A stretch of DNA of 63,917 nt, filler included, from Craspedostauros australis (Eukaryota): the NCBI GenBank assembly GCA_030167865.1. It is 10 parts of 10 records of this genome, joined end to end, with 100 filler letters (N's around TTAATTAATTAA, not from the genome) between each part and the next. Parts side by side here need not be neighbours in the genome. Positions count along the whole stretch, not along the records: positions 51,460 to 54,123 come from JALAGF010005647.1; positions 54,224 to 56,966 come from JALAGF010005648.1; positions 57,067 to 62,412 come from JALAGF010005649.1; positions 62,513 to 63,917 come from JALAGF010005659.1; 6 more parts are not named here. One strand, written 5' to 3'. Below are positions 51,460-63,917 of the stretch, one piece after another. Position 1 is the stretch's first letter; each line of letters opens with the position of its first letter. Position numbers and translations under genes: made by a program. A model generated the notes under the pieces. The model was not told the DNA's origin. It saw only the letters and a program-made list of their open reading frames with translations, and did no database searches.

Positions 51460-52122
51460 CGCAAGAAGCCGCTGGACATGAGCACGCATGACAGGAAATG
51501 GCACAGGATGTACCAGCAGCTGAAGGACTACAAGGCGCAGCACGGTACATGCAACGTGCGCTTCAACGACAAGAAGCACAAATCGTTGGCGCTGTGGGTC
51601 ACGACGCAGCGACGCAAGAAGACTTGGTTTCACACGCAGCCAATCATTCGGGATGATCGCAAGAAGCTCCTGAATGAGATTGGGTTCGATTGGGGCAACG
51701 GCGTTCCAACATCATCTTCTCCTCGGCAGAGGAGGCTGCACGATGAAGGCGCTGGCGAGGACGCTGATGGTGGGAACAATGAATCGGTCGATGCCGTCGC
51801 TGGCGGTGCGAGCAACATGAGCACAAATGCCGCCACAGCTGTAGATGCAGATGTTGTCAACGACAGCGTGGAGGCGGGGGACCACCCGCGCAAACGCTCC
51901 GCGCAGGATGACGGCGCGAACAGGCGGCCGAGCATGAAAAGGTCGAAAAAGAAGAAGGAGCGCAAGAGACCAGCGACGTCGCCATCGAAGTCGGCAGCCA
52001 AGGCAGCTCGTTCAGGCACGGTCACGCGCGCAGGCATTTATGCTGGCACTCCATTCGAACAAGGCATCACGTTAGCCATCCCGACCGAGATGGAGACAAG
52101 CATCGAAGAGGGGGATATATGA
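51460..52122 (+). CDS. Helicase-associated (HA) domain protein, 5' partial
   Basis: WHRMYQQLKDYKAQHGTCNV...LALWVTTQR...RKKLLNEIGFDW, then a low-complexity tail with a basic NLS-like stretch. Confidence 0.8.
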   Translation, partial: RKKPLDMSTHDRKWHRMYQQLKDYKAQHGTCNVRFNDKKHKSLALWVTTQRRKKTWFHTQPIIRDDRKKLLNEIGFDWGNGVPTSSSPRQRRLHDEGAGEDADGGNNESVDAVAGGASNMSTNAATAVDADVVNDSVEAGDHPRKRSAQDDGANRRPSMKRSKKKKERKRPATSPSKSAAKAARSGTVTRAGIYAGTPFEQGITLAIPTEMETSIEEGDI

Positions 52123-52288
52123 GGCTGCAGCCTGCTGAGGCGACACCTGAATGACAGAGGAATATCATCAGGGAGAGCGCACGTGGCGGGGTTCGAGCAT
52201 TCAATTCACAGCAGGTTGAGAATACCATTGAGAATAGCATTGAGAATAGCATTGAGAGAGAGAGAGAGAGAGCGAGCAGTCCGCGAGC

Positions 52289-53944
52289 GTGCTGGTACAA
52301 TTATGCTTCCAGTTACAATCGCAACCAGGTCTACAACAGGATAAACACAACAACTACGCAGGCACGTCGTTTGGAGACAACTTTCGCATGCTGCCTTCCA
52401 CAACCACCATGGCGAGGAACGAAAACGAGAATGCTGGGAGCATCGGCAACGCCAACGCCAACGCCAACAGCAGTGCCAGCAACGACCGCAGCATGCGAAC
52501 GACCACAGGTTTTGGAATCCTTCCCTCCTCTTTGCTATCAAGTTCAGCCGCAACAGATCACAGCACATCATCACAAAGGGCGTCGACCAGTCTAATCACG
52601 AGCATGACAACGGGCACAAGTGACAGCATTGCGGATGAAGGCTATCTGGAGGCCGCCATCCTCTCCGTCTACGATCTTACAACGAGTCGTCAGCCCATTG
52701 CGGTGACCATGAACATTGGCAACGTGACTGTTTCCACAGGGCCTCTGGTTGCCAAGCACAAAGAACGCAACTCCTCGCGGTTCAGCCCTGGCAATTCATC
52801 CGCGCCAGCATCGGCAGCTGTATCGTCCAACATGCGCACTTCATCAACGGATAGCGAGAACAACGTCAACACGAAAACCCCTTTCCGCAGTGTTACAGAT
52901 CGACCGCGATGATCTGCATGATCTATGATGACCCAGATCTCAATCTGGAAACGAAGCTCTCGCTCAACGATTTGCGCATTCACTAAACATCCTGGCAGAT
53001 TCTCAATTNNNNNNNNNNNNNNNNNNNNNNNNNNNNNNNNNNNNNNNNNNNNNNNNNNTTTCATCCAATCGCCATCACCACCTGAAGCAGCAGTAGCAGC
53101 AACAACAGCAACAACTCGAAGGATGCCGAATGCTGCAGGCAAATCTGCAACTACTCCTACGGCGACAGCATTGGCCACGGCACGATATTCCGCTCCATCG
53201 GTTGGCGATGACGTCGGCGACAATCCATCACCGATCATACGAGTCAAGCTTCATCTGGATGCCCCGTACCGACCCGAAATCGCAGCGTTCATCGCCATCG
53301 CATAATGGTGGTTCCATCTCATCGATCCATCCGATGATTGGATACGGGACGCTGCATCCAAGATACGCCTACCGACATCCTCCAACATGCTTCTCCTGCC
53401 ATTGGTTCCGCTCATCACGGTCATCGTGGTGGCGTCGCCCATCATGATGGACACGCTCCTCGTTTTCATGCCCGTCACGTTGTCGTTCATCCTCATCGCG
53501 ATCACCTCAATCGTCGCGTCCGGCCTCGCGATGTATTCCAGCACACGGCATGGACGCGAACGTATTGGCGGCACGGTGTTCACACCCTTCGCCGATTCGT
53601 TGCTGTTGTCATCCAAGGCAGCGCAGCAACTGATCTATCAAACTGGACCGCGCCCAACACCCGTCAGCCTCGTGCGGCACGTTCTGTCGACCGATCCCAA
53701 CTCCCTCTGGGTGTCGTTGGCGATAGGCTTCGTGGATTCATCGTCGTACCTGTTGCCGGTCGTCGGCAAACTGTGCGATGTGATATGCACGCCGATCCAA
53801 TTCATACCGGTGATAGCCATGTACGACTCCGTCCACTCCAGCTTGAAGTACGTGAGCCTCGTGGAGGAGCTGATGCCGTTCACAGATATCGTGTCAGCGG
53901 TGACAATTGGATGGACCAGGGAGCACTACGGTGTTCATTCGTAG
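52289..53944 (+). pseudogene. Disrupted gene for a membrane protein with a possible C2-like N-terminal region
   Basis: Consecutive coding-like same-strand ORFs (YLEAAILSVYDL; hydrophobic helices; SSYLLPVVG...EELMPFTDIV) broken by stops at 52910 and 53303. Confidence 0.45.
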
Positions 53945-54310
53945 GCCACCAACGGGTTGAGGATGGAGGAAATGAGGCAAGCCGCGAGACCTGGCCATGG
54001 CCACCGGCCGTTTGCGTTGCGACTCCATGAGGCATTCGCAGATTTGCCGATGCCTACCATACTCGGACACGCAGATGCTGTGGAACTGAGAAGCGATATC
54101 CTCTCTCTCTCTCTCTCTCTCTCNNNNNNNNNNNNNNNNNNNNNNNNNNNNNNNNNNNNNNNNNNNNTTAATTAATTAANNNNNNNNNNNNNNNNNNNNN
54201 NNNNNNNNNNNNNNNNNNNNNNNGAATCGACGAGGATGAGGATACACACGGTGATCACAAAACTTCGATGACGATTCGATTCGGAGTACTTCGCACAAAC
54301 AAAAAAGGAT

Positions 54311-55319
54311 GATGCGCACAGCCATCACAGAGCGTTTTCGCGACTGCTCACCACAACACCATCGCTATTATGCTGATAACACTATGCTATTATACTATAG
54401 TATTATACTATAGTATAGTATATTATTATACTACGGTACTCCACCACGACGATACTACGCTACTACGCTACTACACGATCGAGGTGATTTCAATGATGTC
54501 CAACTCATCCTCGTCACCACATCATCGTGATGTGATGCGCAATACCATGGCATAACGAATACGAGGAGAGTGCACTTTTATGTTATAACATATAATTCAG
54601 ACAATCATAGTATGATGCCTGTTAGGAATGGTATTACTCTCATGGTCGTGTGCTTTCTCTGCTTTGGATTGTATTCCATGCGACAGGAATCGGCCATGAT
54701 GTCTCAGAACTGAGGAGAGTGAGGATGCGCACGGCGATTGGAGGAGTTTTGTTGTGGATCCGATCCGAGTTTTGTGTGTCGCCGTCGTCTCTTTTTTCCG
54801 TCATCGTTCGCCCATGGGTCGACTCCAGAAAATGGCGGACAAAAGCATGACGCGCACAGCCATCACAGAGCGCTTTCGCGACTGCTCACCACAACATCAT
54901 CGCTATTGTACTGAAAGCACTATGCTACTATACTAAAGTACTACGCTCCCACGCGACTACGCTCCCACGCTACTGCGCTACTACACTACTACACGATCGA
55001 TGTGATTTCAATGATGTCCAACTCATCCTCGTCACCACATCATCGTGATGTGATGCGCAATACGATGGCATAACGAATACGAGGAGAGTGCACTTTTATG
55101 TTATAACATATAATTCAGACAATCATAGTATGATGCCTGTGAGGAATGGTATTTCTCTCATGGTCGTGTGCTTTCTCTGCTTTGGATTGTATTCCATGCG
55201 ACAGGAATCGGCCATGATGTCTCAGAACTGAGGAGAGTGAGGATGCGCACGGCGATTGGAGGAGTTTTGTTGTCCCTTTTTCCGTCATCGTTCGTCCATG
55301 AGTCGACTCCAGAAAATGG
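54311..55319. repeat. ~540-bp tandem duplication
   Basis: GCGCACAGCCATCACAGAGCG...GACTCCAGAAAATGG occurs at 54311-54836 and 54849-55319. Confidence 0.9.
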
Positions 55320-55849
55320 TCGACTGCTGTGTGGGGAGTAGAGCAGGACGAAAAGGAGACACCAATCGAGCGGAGCACCGATACGACCGACATATCAGCG
55401 CTGCTCCAAGCGCAATGGATTGTGTCGTACCCCATTGTACATAATTGAGCGGATCAGCTACAGTGTAGGCAGACAGATGAGACTTGACCAGAGTGGAATG
55501 AGGATGCGAACGAGCAGGGCGACCCATGTATGGGTAGTGCCATCATCGAACATGATTGTTACCTTTGATCATTTGCAGTCGGGCTATTGGCCATTTCCAG
55601 AGGGCGCACATCATCAGGAATCCGTAGTGGGAGTAGGATGGTTGATTGGAATGGCGAATTTGAACGAATGTGGTGGCGGTCGCCAATATGCGCGTGATCG
55701 GTGGCATGTGAAAGAGAGATGATCGCAGTATAGTATCGCAGGCATTCAGATGGTCGATCATCGCACTGGAACGACGATGTCGACAAAACGGCGGGAGCGG
55801 AGCAGGGACGGAACGGTCCGGAGCGTGATGAGGAACTGCATGGAGATGA

Positions 55850-56966
55850 GTGGTCAGTGTGGATAGGGGGAGAGAAGGCTTGCGCGAGCACGAAGGATAC
55901 TCTGTGGGAACACGTGCAGTGGCAGAAAACCGAGCAGTGGCAGAGCAGGACAGGCAAAATGGACTGGGAGGAGATGGCTGACGTCGACGGCCATTCTATA
56001 CGAGCGGCGATGCATGGGCTGGAGAATGGAAGGCGACGATAAGTGGTGAAGCACGCGGCGCATTTCGGACCGGTCGGCAGGAATATGCGGAAGTGGAAAT
56101 TCTGGAGCGATGGCCTATGCCTGGTANNNNNNNNNNNNNNNNNNNNNNNNNNNNNNNNNNNNNNNNNNNNNNNNNNGGAGCGATGGCCTATGCCTGGTAT
56201 GCAAAACAGAGGAAGAGATGAAGGCGCATGTGATGCAGTGTCAGCATCCTGCTGCGATGCGCGTGAGGCATGCTGCTTTGAAGAAGTGGGCGCACGCGAT
56301 GAGAATGGACGAGGGGGATCCGCAAATGGTACAAGAGATCGTGCGACAGGTGCGAATGTGGACAGAACAGCGCGAGACGGAACCGCAAGGGTGGTCTGAT
56401 GTGCACAGAGCATCGATGGCGCAAGGCAAGATTGGATGGGACAAGATGGTGCTGGGGAGGTGGTCTTGGCAGTGGCGGCGAGTACGGACTGAAACGATGC
56501 GGCGCAGTGGCAGTAGAGATACGTCAACGCATTGGATTAGCTAAGCGATTCGAGGCCTGTGGGAAGCACGATGGGTGGCGTGGAAACCATGAAATCAGGC
56601 ACTGTACGAGGATGAGCTTTGGAGCAAATAGACAGAGAAGGTCCAGCAGGCGCAAGAGAAGGTGGAAGTGGTGTAGCAGCGAGGGAGTAGAGGATTATTA
56701 TGGAGGGACGCAGGGCTGCTGGAGAACACGAGCAAGGAGCAGGTCCAGAGAATGCCAGTGGATGAGCAACTTGCGCGGGTGCGGCATGTGGAGGTGGCCA
56801 GATTAGGAACAGCGGCAAGCCGGTTATGGCAGACGGGGCCGAGGACAGGAGCAGCAACGCCCACCATGGGTGACAGGCAACAAAGAGGGCGCCAAAGGGA
56901 GGATTATGGCATCAGGAGGGGCAGAAGAGGAAGTGCGCGAGCAGTCTCCGGTCCAAGAGGGCAGAG
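55850..56966 (+). mobile_element. Non-LTR retrotransposon C-terminal relic (Ambal-like), zinc-knuckle region
   Basis: VGRNMRKWKFWSDGLCLVCKTEEEMKAHVMQC (CxxC-H-C), then QGKIGWDKMVLGRWSWQW. Several stops. Confidence 0.65.
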
Positions 56967-57066
56967 NNNNNNNNNNNNNNNNNNNNNNNNNNNNNNNNNN
57001 NNNNNNNNNNTTAATTAATTAANNNNNNNNNNNNNNNNNNNNNNNNNNNNNNNNNNNNNNNNNNNN

Positions 57067-60000
57067 TCATGCTTCCTTTGTTCGTCTTCCTGTAGAACAG
57101 GCACGGGTCTGCTGCGCTCTGTTCGAAGTTGATATTCTTGAGGGTCGATAGCAACATCTTGAACCATTGCCTGGCGCTCTGCACAAGTCCGTAGATTGGC
57201 TTGTGTAGGGTCAGGGCTTCGTCTGGTTGATGATCCANNNNNNNNNNNNNNNNNNNNNNNNNNNNNNNNNNNNNNNNNNNNTGTAGGAATGCCGTTACGA
57301 CATCGACGAGTGCGCAGTCCATCTTCTTGATCAACATGATCACCATCATGACCCGATAGGTCACGTCATGGATGACGGGTGAGTAATGCTCTTGGAAGTC
57401 TACTCCTGCTATTTGTGAATAGCCACATGCAACGAGCCGTGCTCGATGTGTGCCATCACGCTTTAGCTTGAAGACCCATTTGCACTTGCAGCATCTGCGG
57501 CCGCGTGGGATGGCGTCTCGTTTGATCTTGCTGTACACCTTGCGTGTATCCAAGGAGTCGAACTCCTTCTTGATGGCTGCTCGATATCCCTTCTGATGGA
57601 TAGGATCTGGGTGATTGAAGGCTCCATCGAATGTCGTTGGTTCGATGTGCTTCTCTGGTTCCTTGCTCTCGTCCTGCATCGACAATCCGATGTCGATCGC
57701 TGGTCTCTCGGTAATGATTGCATTCATCCCGTATAGTCCAGTTGTGCTATGGTGAGTGATCTCGATCTCTTCATCTTCGTCTTCGATTTCTTCGTCATCT
57801 GTAGTTTCGTTGTTGGAGTCGTCGATCATCTCGTCGCTGAGTTCGTCACTCGCCTCATCGGATGATGGATCGCTCTCATAGCCTTCTTCCTTTCCACCTC
57901 GTTCGTTGAAGTCCGCGAGCTCACGTAGAGCTCTGGGAATACTCTTCCCTGCAGTTGATTTGGGATTAGCTTCTCCCTTCCTGCCTCGTGATTCGTGACG
58001 TCGGATCCTCTCCTTTCTAGCCATGTCACACTTGTTTGGTTTGCTCGGTGGAGGTCTGGATGGTGTGTCATGTGTAGACCTCGCTGGTGTATTCGGAGGG
58101 GTGACACCTGTCTCATCATTGGCTTCGTCGCCGGAGGGTAGGATTTCGTCATCCTCATGATTGGATTCGCTCCGATCCTCCTCGCTATTTTGGATTAGTT
58201 GAGTCACTACTCCGTCGTCCTCATTATCCTCATCATCGCTGTCTGATAGGATGTAGTACATGTTGCTGTCAGCGAAAGATACTCTCTTCGCCTCTGATGT
58301 TCGACGCGTTGCCGTCCTTGGCATTGCTCCCTTCCGTCCGATGGTTGTGAAGCCGTCTGCGTCCGTTGTTCCTGTTTTGTTGGATATGTTCGGTGCTGGC
58401 GCCCACCCACGGAACTGTCCGTATGATTGGTTGAGCCACTTGATGTCCCGTGAACAGATGAGTGACTTGGTTGATGGTCTGTACATGTTGTAGACCCNNN
58501 NNNNNNNNNNNNNNNNNNNNNNNATGAACACCATCTCTTCTCCTCTGTTCTTGAGTTTGGCGGTAATCCCGCCGTAGGTAGTCTTCACAACACCCACCTC
58601 TCCAAACGTGCGGAGTGCGTCCGCATATGGTGGATCGTTGCCGAAGAATTGTCGATGTGGTGACTCCTTCTGGTTCTTCGCTACGGTGATATTGGCAATG
58701 GCGGTGACAGTGCTAGCAGCTGCTGCCCACAGGCCATGCCTATATTCTTCGTCGAGCTGTGCTCCGTTGAGCATGGAGCGGATCTTGGTGTAGAGGTACG
58801 CGAACTTGCGNNNNACTCTGCCGTTCTGTTGCGGCGTGTTCGATGCCGTGAATTCGAATTTCACGTTGAGTCCTGCATCGATGAGAATATCCTGCGTGGA
58901 CTTGTTCTCTCCACTGTTGTCACCTCGGAAGATGATCTGTTGGTCACTAGTCTGTAACTTGATCGTTTGAACGAACCGTTTGATGTACCCTGGTTGATCA
59001 CTTTTGTTCTTGAGAAAGAAACTCCAGCAGTGATCCGTGCAGTCGTCCACGATCAGGGTCCAGTAGCGTTTATCTCCGAAGCTTACGTGTTTAGTGTAAC
59101 TAATGTCAATGAAGAGCCGTTTGCCACGGCGAGTTGCTCTCGGAATGGTTGCCTTCGGAATGTTTTTCACTCTTGCATTCGCGACCGCGCAGTCGCGACA
59201 TACCGGCATCTCGCCGATAATCTTCCATCCGTATTTGGCAGCTGTTCGCTTCATGGTTTCGAGTGGCGCGTGGCCGAGCATTTGGTGCAAGTTCACCGCG
59301 CTGATCTCCTTGGATGGATTCTTGACGATGGCTGTGCAAGCCTTGTTGTCGTATGTCGGCATGATGGGATGCATCTGCACTCCCGTGATGAATCCGTTGG
59401 ATGTAGGGAAGACTCGATCGAACACGATCTTCGTTCCGGATCCGTTGATGATGTCCATCAGAATGCCGTTGTTACCAAGCTGGTAACCGTTGTACAGAGC
59501 CTTATTCGTGGAGAAAAGGTTCACCGCCATTTTCGGTGTGTACTTCACGTCATCAAGCCGGATGATGTGGCCAGTGTTGTCTCGTTGCTTGACCTTCAAG
59601 CGAATGGATCCCATTTTGGGAGAGTCCAGCTTCNNNNNNNNNNNNNNNNNNNNNNNNNNNNNNNNNNNNNNNNNNNNNNNNNNNNNNNNNNNNNNNNNNN
59701 NNNNNNNNNNNNNNNNNNNNNNNNNNNNNNNNNNNNNNNNNNNNNNNNNNNNNNNNNNNNNNNNNNNNNNNNNNNNNNNNNNNNNNNNNNNNNNNNNNNN
59801 NNNNNNNNNNNNNNNNNNNNNNNNNNNNNNNNNNNNNNNNNNNNNNNNNNNNNNNNNNNNNNNNNNNNNGGATGATGATGGTCTCCGTCATCCATGTCGT
59901 CGGGTAGTTGCGCGTAGTCCGATGGAATTGTGCTGTTTCGATGTGATCCTGTGGCTGGATCGTACGGGTGGACGCGTGGTCGTTCGTGTAAGAGTACGCG

Positions 60001-62412
60001 CATACATCCTCCAAGGATGTAATGAAGATCCGTCTCTGGGATCGTCTCTGTCTCGGCTGCTTCCAGTATGCGATTGATCACAANNNNNNNNNNNNNNNNN
60101 NNNNNNNNNNNNNNNNNNNNNNNNNNNNNNNNNNNNNNNNNNNNNNNNNNNNNNNNNNNNNNNNNNNNNNNNNNNNNNNNNNNNNNNNNNNNNNNNNNNN
60201 NNNNNNNNNNNACTGCATCGAAGATGAGTTGCTTCTGGATCACCAATGCTGTCTCTGTTGCATACGGGACGGTGTCATGACGATGGAGGTAGTTGGACCT
60301 GCTGGGATCCTCGATTGGTGGGAAGTCGATGTTCCCTGGGTAGACGACACGCTCGTTTGGATTGAAGCTGTCGTCTGGATGATTGCNNNNNNNNNNNNNN
60401 NNNNNNNNNNNNNNNNNNNNNNNNNNNNNNNNNNNNGTCTGGATGATTGCCGTCCTCGGATTCGTCGCTGTCATCCTCGTCGAAAATGCCCGATCTGTTG
60501 TTCCCCGCCGCTGGAGGAGGCGGCGCCGCGCCGCGGTTCGTTTCGCCTTGGCCTCGATTAATGAAGGTCCCCGTTCTCTCGTATCTCCCAGCTTGAGGAG
60601 GAGACAACTCGTCGCGGTTCACCTCGTCGTCTTCATCTGCGCCGTCCTCGTCGGCGTCGTCGTCGTCATCGCTCATGGCCTCTTCGATGTCGCTATCGTT
60701 GGCCTNNNNNNCCATCTCAGCTTCGTCGCCGTATGAACCGATCAGGTCGTGCGCGTTGAAGCAGCATTCGTAGCTCACTTCGCGTCTTGGATCCACCTCG
60801 TGGATGATGGGCTCCTCACTGAGCCGCTCCGGGACGATCTCATCGTCCTGTACTTCGTCGTCACTTCCGACGCACACGAAGTTATCGAAGAAGGAGTCTT
60901 CAATGTAGTCGTTGGACACCAACATGCAGAGCGGCATGTCCTTTGCTGAGAGTACCATCTCGTGTCCGCTCTTGTCGTGTCCTTGTGTTGCTGTGTTGGC
61001 CTGNTNGTNGGCCTTCTTNTTCTCGTTGAACTTCTTCTTTCGGCACTCCGCCTCGCGATGTCCGAAGATGCCGCAGTAGTTGCACTTGCCCTTGAAGCCG
61101 CTTCCCTTGCTGCGCTTTCCGTTCATCTTGTTGTTGTTGTTGTTGTTTTTCTTGTTGTTCGATTTCTTTCGTTCTGGGCAATCGGCGGATCTATGACCAT
61201 ACACGCCACAGTTGTGACAAGTACCCTTGAAGTTACCGGTGCTTGTGAAGCCGNNNNNNNNNNNNNNNNNNNNNNNNNNNNNNNNNNNNNNNNNNNNNNN
61301 NNNNNNNNNNNNNNNNNNNNNNNNNNNNNNNNNNNNNNNNNNNNNNNNNNNNNNNNNNNNNNNNNNNNNNNNNNNNNNNNNNNNNNNNNNNNNNNNNNNN
61401 NNNNNNNNNNNNNNNNNNNNNNNNNNNNNNNNNNNNNNNNNNNNNNNNNNNNNNNNNACCGTGCTGAGGATTTGCATGATCATTTCCTCGTCCGTGATCT
61501 CGTACTTGACATCGTGGAGACGCGATCGTAGACCCTCGAGTTGCGTGATGTAGATGTCGGGGTCCGTGTCTCTCTTCATCTTTTCGTTGTTGAATTGGCG
61601 CTTGAGTTTGATCTTCGTNNNNNNNNNNNNNNNNNNNNNNNNNNNNNNNNNNNNNNNNNNNNNNNNNNNNNNNNNNNNNNNNNNNNNNNNNNNNNNNNNN
61701 NNNNNNNNNNNNNNNNNNNNNNNNNNNNNNNNNTTTCCTTTCTCTGCATCCATCATGAGGATCAGATCGCTGAAGCAGTCGCATCCCAGCTCGTAGATTT
61801 CCTCCATCGCTTCCTTGGCTTCACCGGCGGCTGCCGCGATCTCGCTCACTGTTGGCACCTTGGTCTTGCCCAACATCACGTCCTTCGTCTTCTGTGCACG
61901 AGCGTATGCTTTCGCTTGGGACTCCCATGCGCTGTAGTCTTCCTGCTCACCGCTGAACATCGGCGCCTTGATGCGTCGCTTGTTCGTGTTGGCTGATGTC
62001 GCCATGTTGATTCGTTGTTTCGTCGTTGGTGCGCTCGCGCCCTTGATTTCCGTCTGTTTCTGTGTTACCGATTCTTCGATTTTCGCCTGTTGTTGCGCGG
62101 AGATTGTTTTCGTCACAAATTCTCCTCCTGGTGGTGTCTCACTTTTACCACTTCGTTTGGCTGTGCGAATGCTCTCCGTCACACCAGTCTCCTCTTGCTT
62201 GATCGCCTTGAGGATCCTCTCCTTCTCGCGATGTTGTCTTGCAGATCGTTCCTCTTCGGTCTCGTCGATCGCGCTTGCGTCTGCGCCTGATAGGACAGTA
62301 GCCGCGGCTGCTTCCTTCTCTTCTCGTAGTGGAGTCTCACTCGCACCTTCTTCTCTCTTGATAGTCGGGTTGGACAGAGGGATGTCTCTCAATTCCTCTT
62401 CCTCGCTCATTC
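57067..62412 (-). mobile_element. Ty1/copia family 2: gag with two CCHC knuckles, integrase and RT (gapped)
   Basis: CHNCGVYGHRSADC and CNYCGIFGHREAEC. Integrase HQMLGH...CRDC, LFIDIS, RGDNSGE and TPQQNG. RT KWVFKLKRDGTHRARLVACGYSQ, DVVTAF and IYGLVQSARQW. Confidence 0.95.
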
Positions 62413-62511
62413 NNNNNNNNNNNNNNNNNNNNNNNNNNNNNNNNNNNNNNNNNNNNTTAATTAATTAANNNNNNNNNNNNNNNNNNNNNNNNNNNNNNNN
62501 NNNNNNNNNNN

Positions 62512-63917
62512 NTGCGAGTGGAGGGTGTTCGGTTTCGGCGGTCTGGTCTTGTAGCGCTGTGGTGTGATCGGATGGTAGATGTTGTTGTCCGTCTGCAATG
62601 GCTTTGCCGAACGCCAGCCCCTTGCTCTCTGCCGCTGTGCGCCCGAGTTTTTGCGTCTTGTCCGTCTTCCTGAACGATTCGGACGTTATCGGCAGCTTGT
62701 CGGACTTGTGTGTGTGAACATCGGCAACGCCCAGTTGGTTGATGATCCAGCCGTCCCATTCAGCGCTCTTCACAAGGACGTCTTCCGTGATGCCAGATGC
62801 AGCCACCAACCGCGCCTGGTCATCATCATACTTCACCTCGTGAGTCTGACGTACCTGTTGCCCGTTCGCGCGGAATCGTCGTTTTGGTGCGCCAGGAAGC
62901 GACGTGATGTTGCCTTGGAGGGTCTTTGCGTTGACCAGTACCGTGGTGGTACCCGCGATGTTACCGGCTTTCAGTGCAAGGAAGAGTNNNNNNNNNNNNN
63001 NNNNNNNNNNNNNNNNNNNNNNNNNNNNNNNNNNNNNCGTGTTCGGATGGCCTGTTTTTTGGGTCCTTCGCGGACGCTTCACTGATGTCCTTCAACTTGT
63101 CCGCGATGTAGTCTGGTAGTTTGGCGTTGGTCCGTGTTGTTTTGCTTGCCCAGCCGGGCACTGCAAGTGGTGGATGTTCTGTTTCCGCGGTCTGGTCTTG
63201 TAGTGCTGTGGTGTGATCGGATGGTAGATGTTGTTGTCCGTCTGCGATGGCTTTGCCGAACGCCAGCCCCTTGCTCTCTGCCGCTGTGCGCCCGAGTTTT
63301 CGCGTCTTGTCCGTCTTCATGAACGATTCGGACGTTATCGGCAGCTTGTCGGACGTGAACGTTCTGTCCTCGAGGACACCCAGCTGGTTGATGATCCAGC
63401 CGTCCCATTCAGCGTTCTTCGCAAGGACGTCTTCTGTGATGCCAGATGCAGCCACCAACCGCGCCTGATCATCATCATACTTCACCTCGTGAGTCTGACG
63501 TACCTGTTGCCCGTTTGCACGGAATCGTCGTTTTGTTGCGCCAGGAAGCACGGTGATGTTGCCTTGGAGGGACGACGCGTTGACCAGTACCGTGGTGGTA
63601 CCCGCGATGTCACCGGCTTTCAGTGCAAGGAAGAGTTGGAACGGGGTCTTGATGTCCTTGCCACTTTGCACGTATTTTCGCAGTACACGTGTGATGTACG
63701 CGAAGTGGGTGTCCAGCATGCTCTTACCAGTTTGGGCCTCTGTGTAGATCCACGAGATGATTTTGGCTGCTTTTCGTGTCACAAGGTTCTTTTTGAGTAC
63801 CGATGTGATGAGCGCGATGTGCTTGTGACTGGCAAAGCAACACGCGTTATCGCTCTGTAGGATGATCTCAGTCACGGATGGGAGAATGTCTTTGACCGTT
63901 TTTTGCAGGATGTCAAG
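62512..63917 (-). mobile_element. Putative Sola-like DD(D/E) transposase, partial, with a diverged second copy of one segment
   Basis: IILQSDNACCF...YTEAQTGKSMLDTHF resembles the SDNAxCY...ExxxGKxxxD pattern I recall for Sola3-type transposases. 62512-62987 repeats 63162-63636. Confidence 0.55.

Larger units (their letters stand above)
15303..62468. other. Nine artificial scaffold linkers N-TTAATTAATTAA-N at 15303, 26432, 32190, 43980, 49249, 51404, 54168, 57011 and 62457
   Basis: Identical 12-mer with stops in all six frames, always embedded in N runs. Confidence 0.97.

Noticed and set aside
15303..62468. TTAATTAATTAA as piggyBac TTAA sites or a biological motif
   Set aside because: Always centred in N runs; it is an artificial six-frame stop linker.

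Overview
Eukaryotic draft-genome DNA, most likely a diatom (inferred from GT-AG introns, diatom-type receptor cyclase, HA-domain protein, CoDi-like copia and Ambal-like LINE relics). It is not one locus: nine artificial N-TTAATTAATTAA-N linkers join ten scaffolds, so adjacency across linkers means nothing. The window is dominated by mobile DNA: two Ty1/copia families, two LTR families (several copies with 6-bp target duplications), a PIF/Harbinger fragment, a Sola-like transposase and a non-LTR relic. Host-type genes include a vWA-alpha-kinase, a single-pass EF-hand protein, an alpha/beta hydrolase, an extended SDR, a class III cyclase and a Cys-rich surface protein. The strongest candidate novel system is at 1-3990: a modular array punctuated by a conserved 29-nt bulged hairpin. 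Its last hairpin abuts a tyrosine-recombinase coding region, which ends in an antisense tRNA-like sequence. The second candidate is a disrupted Crinkler/RHS-type NTPase plus PD-(D/E)XK nuclease gene that shares an 84-bp upstream leader with the vWA-alpha-kinase locus. All protein calls rest on motif recognition by eye, not database searches.
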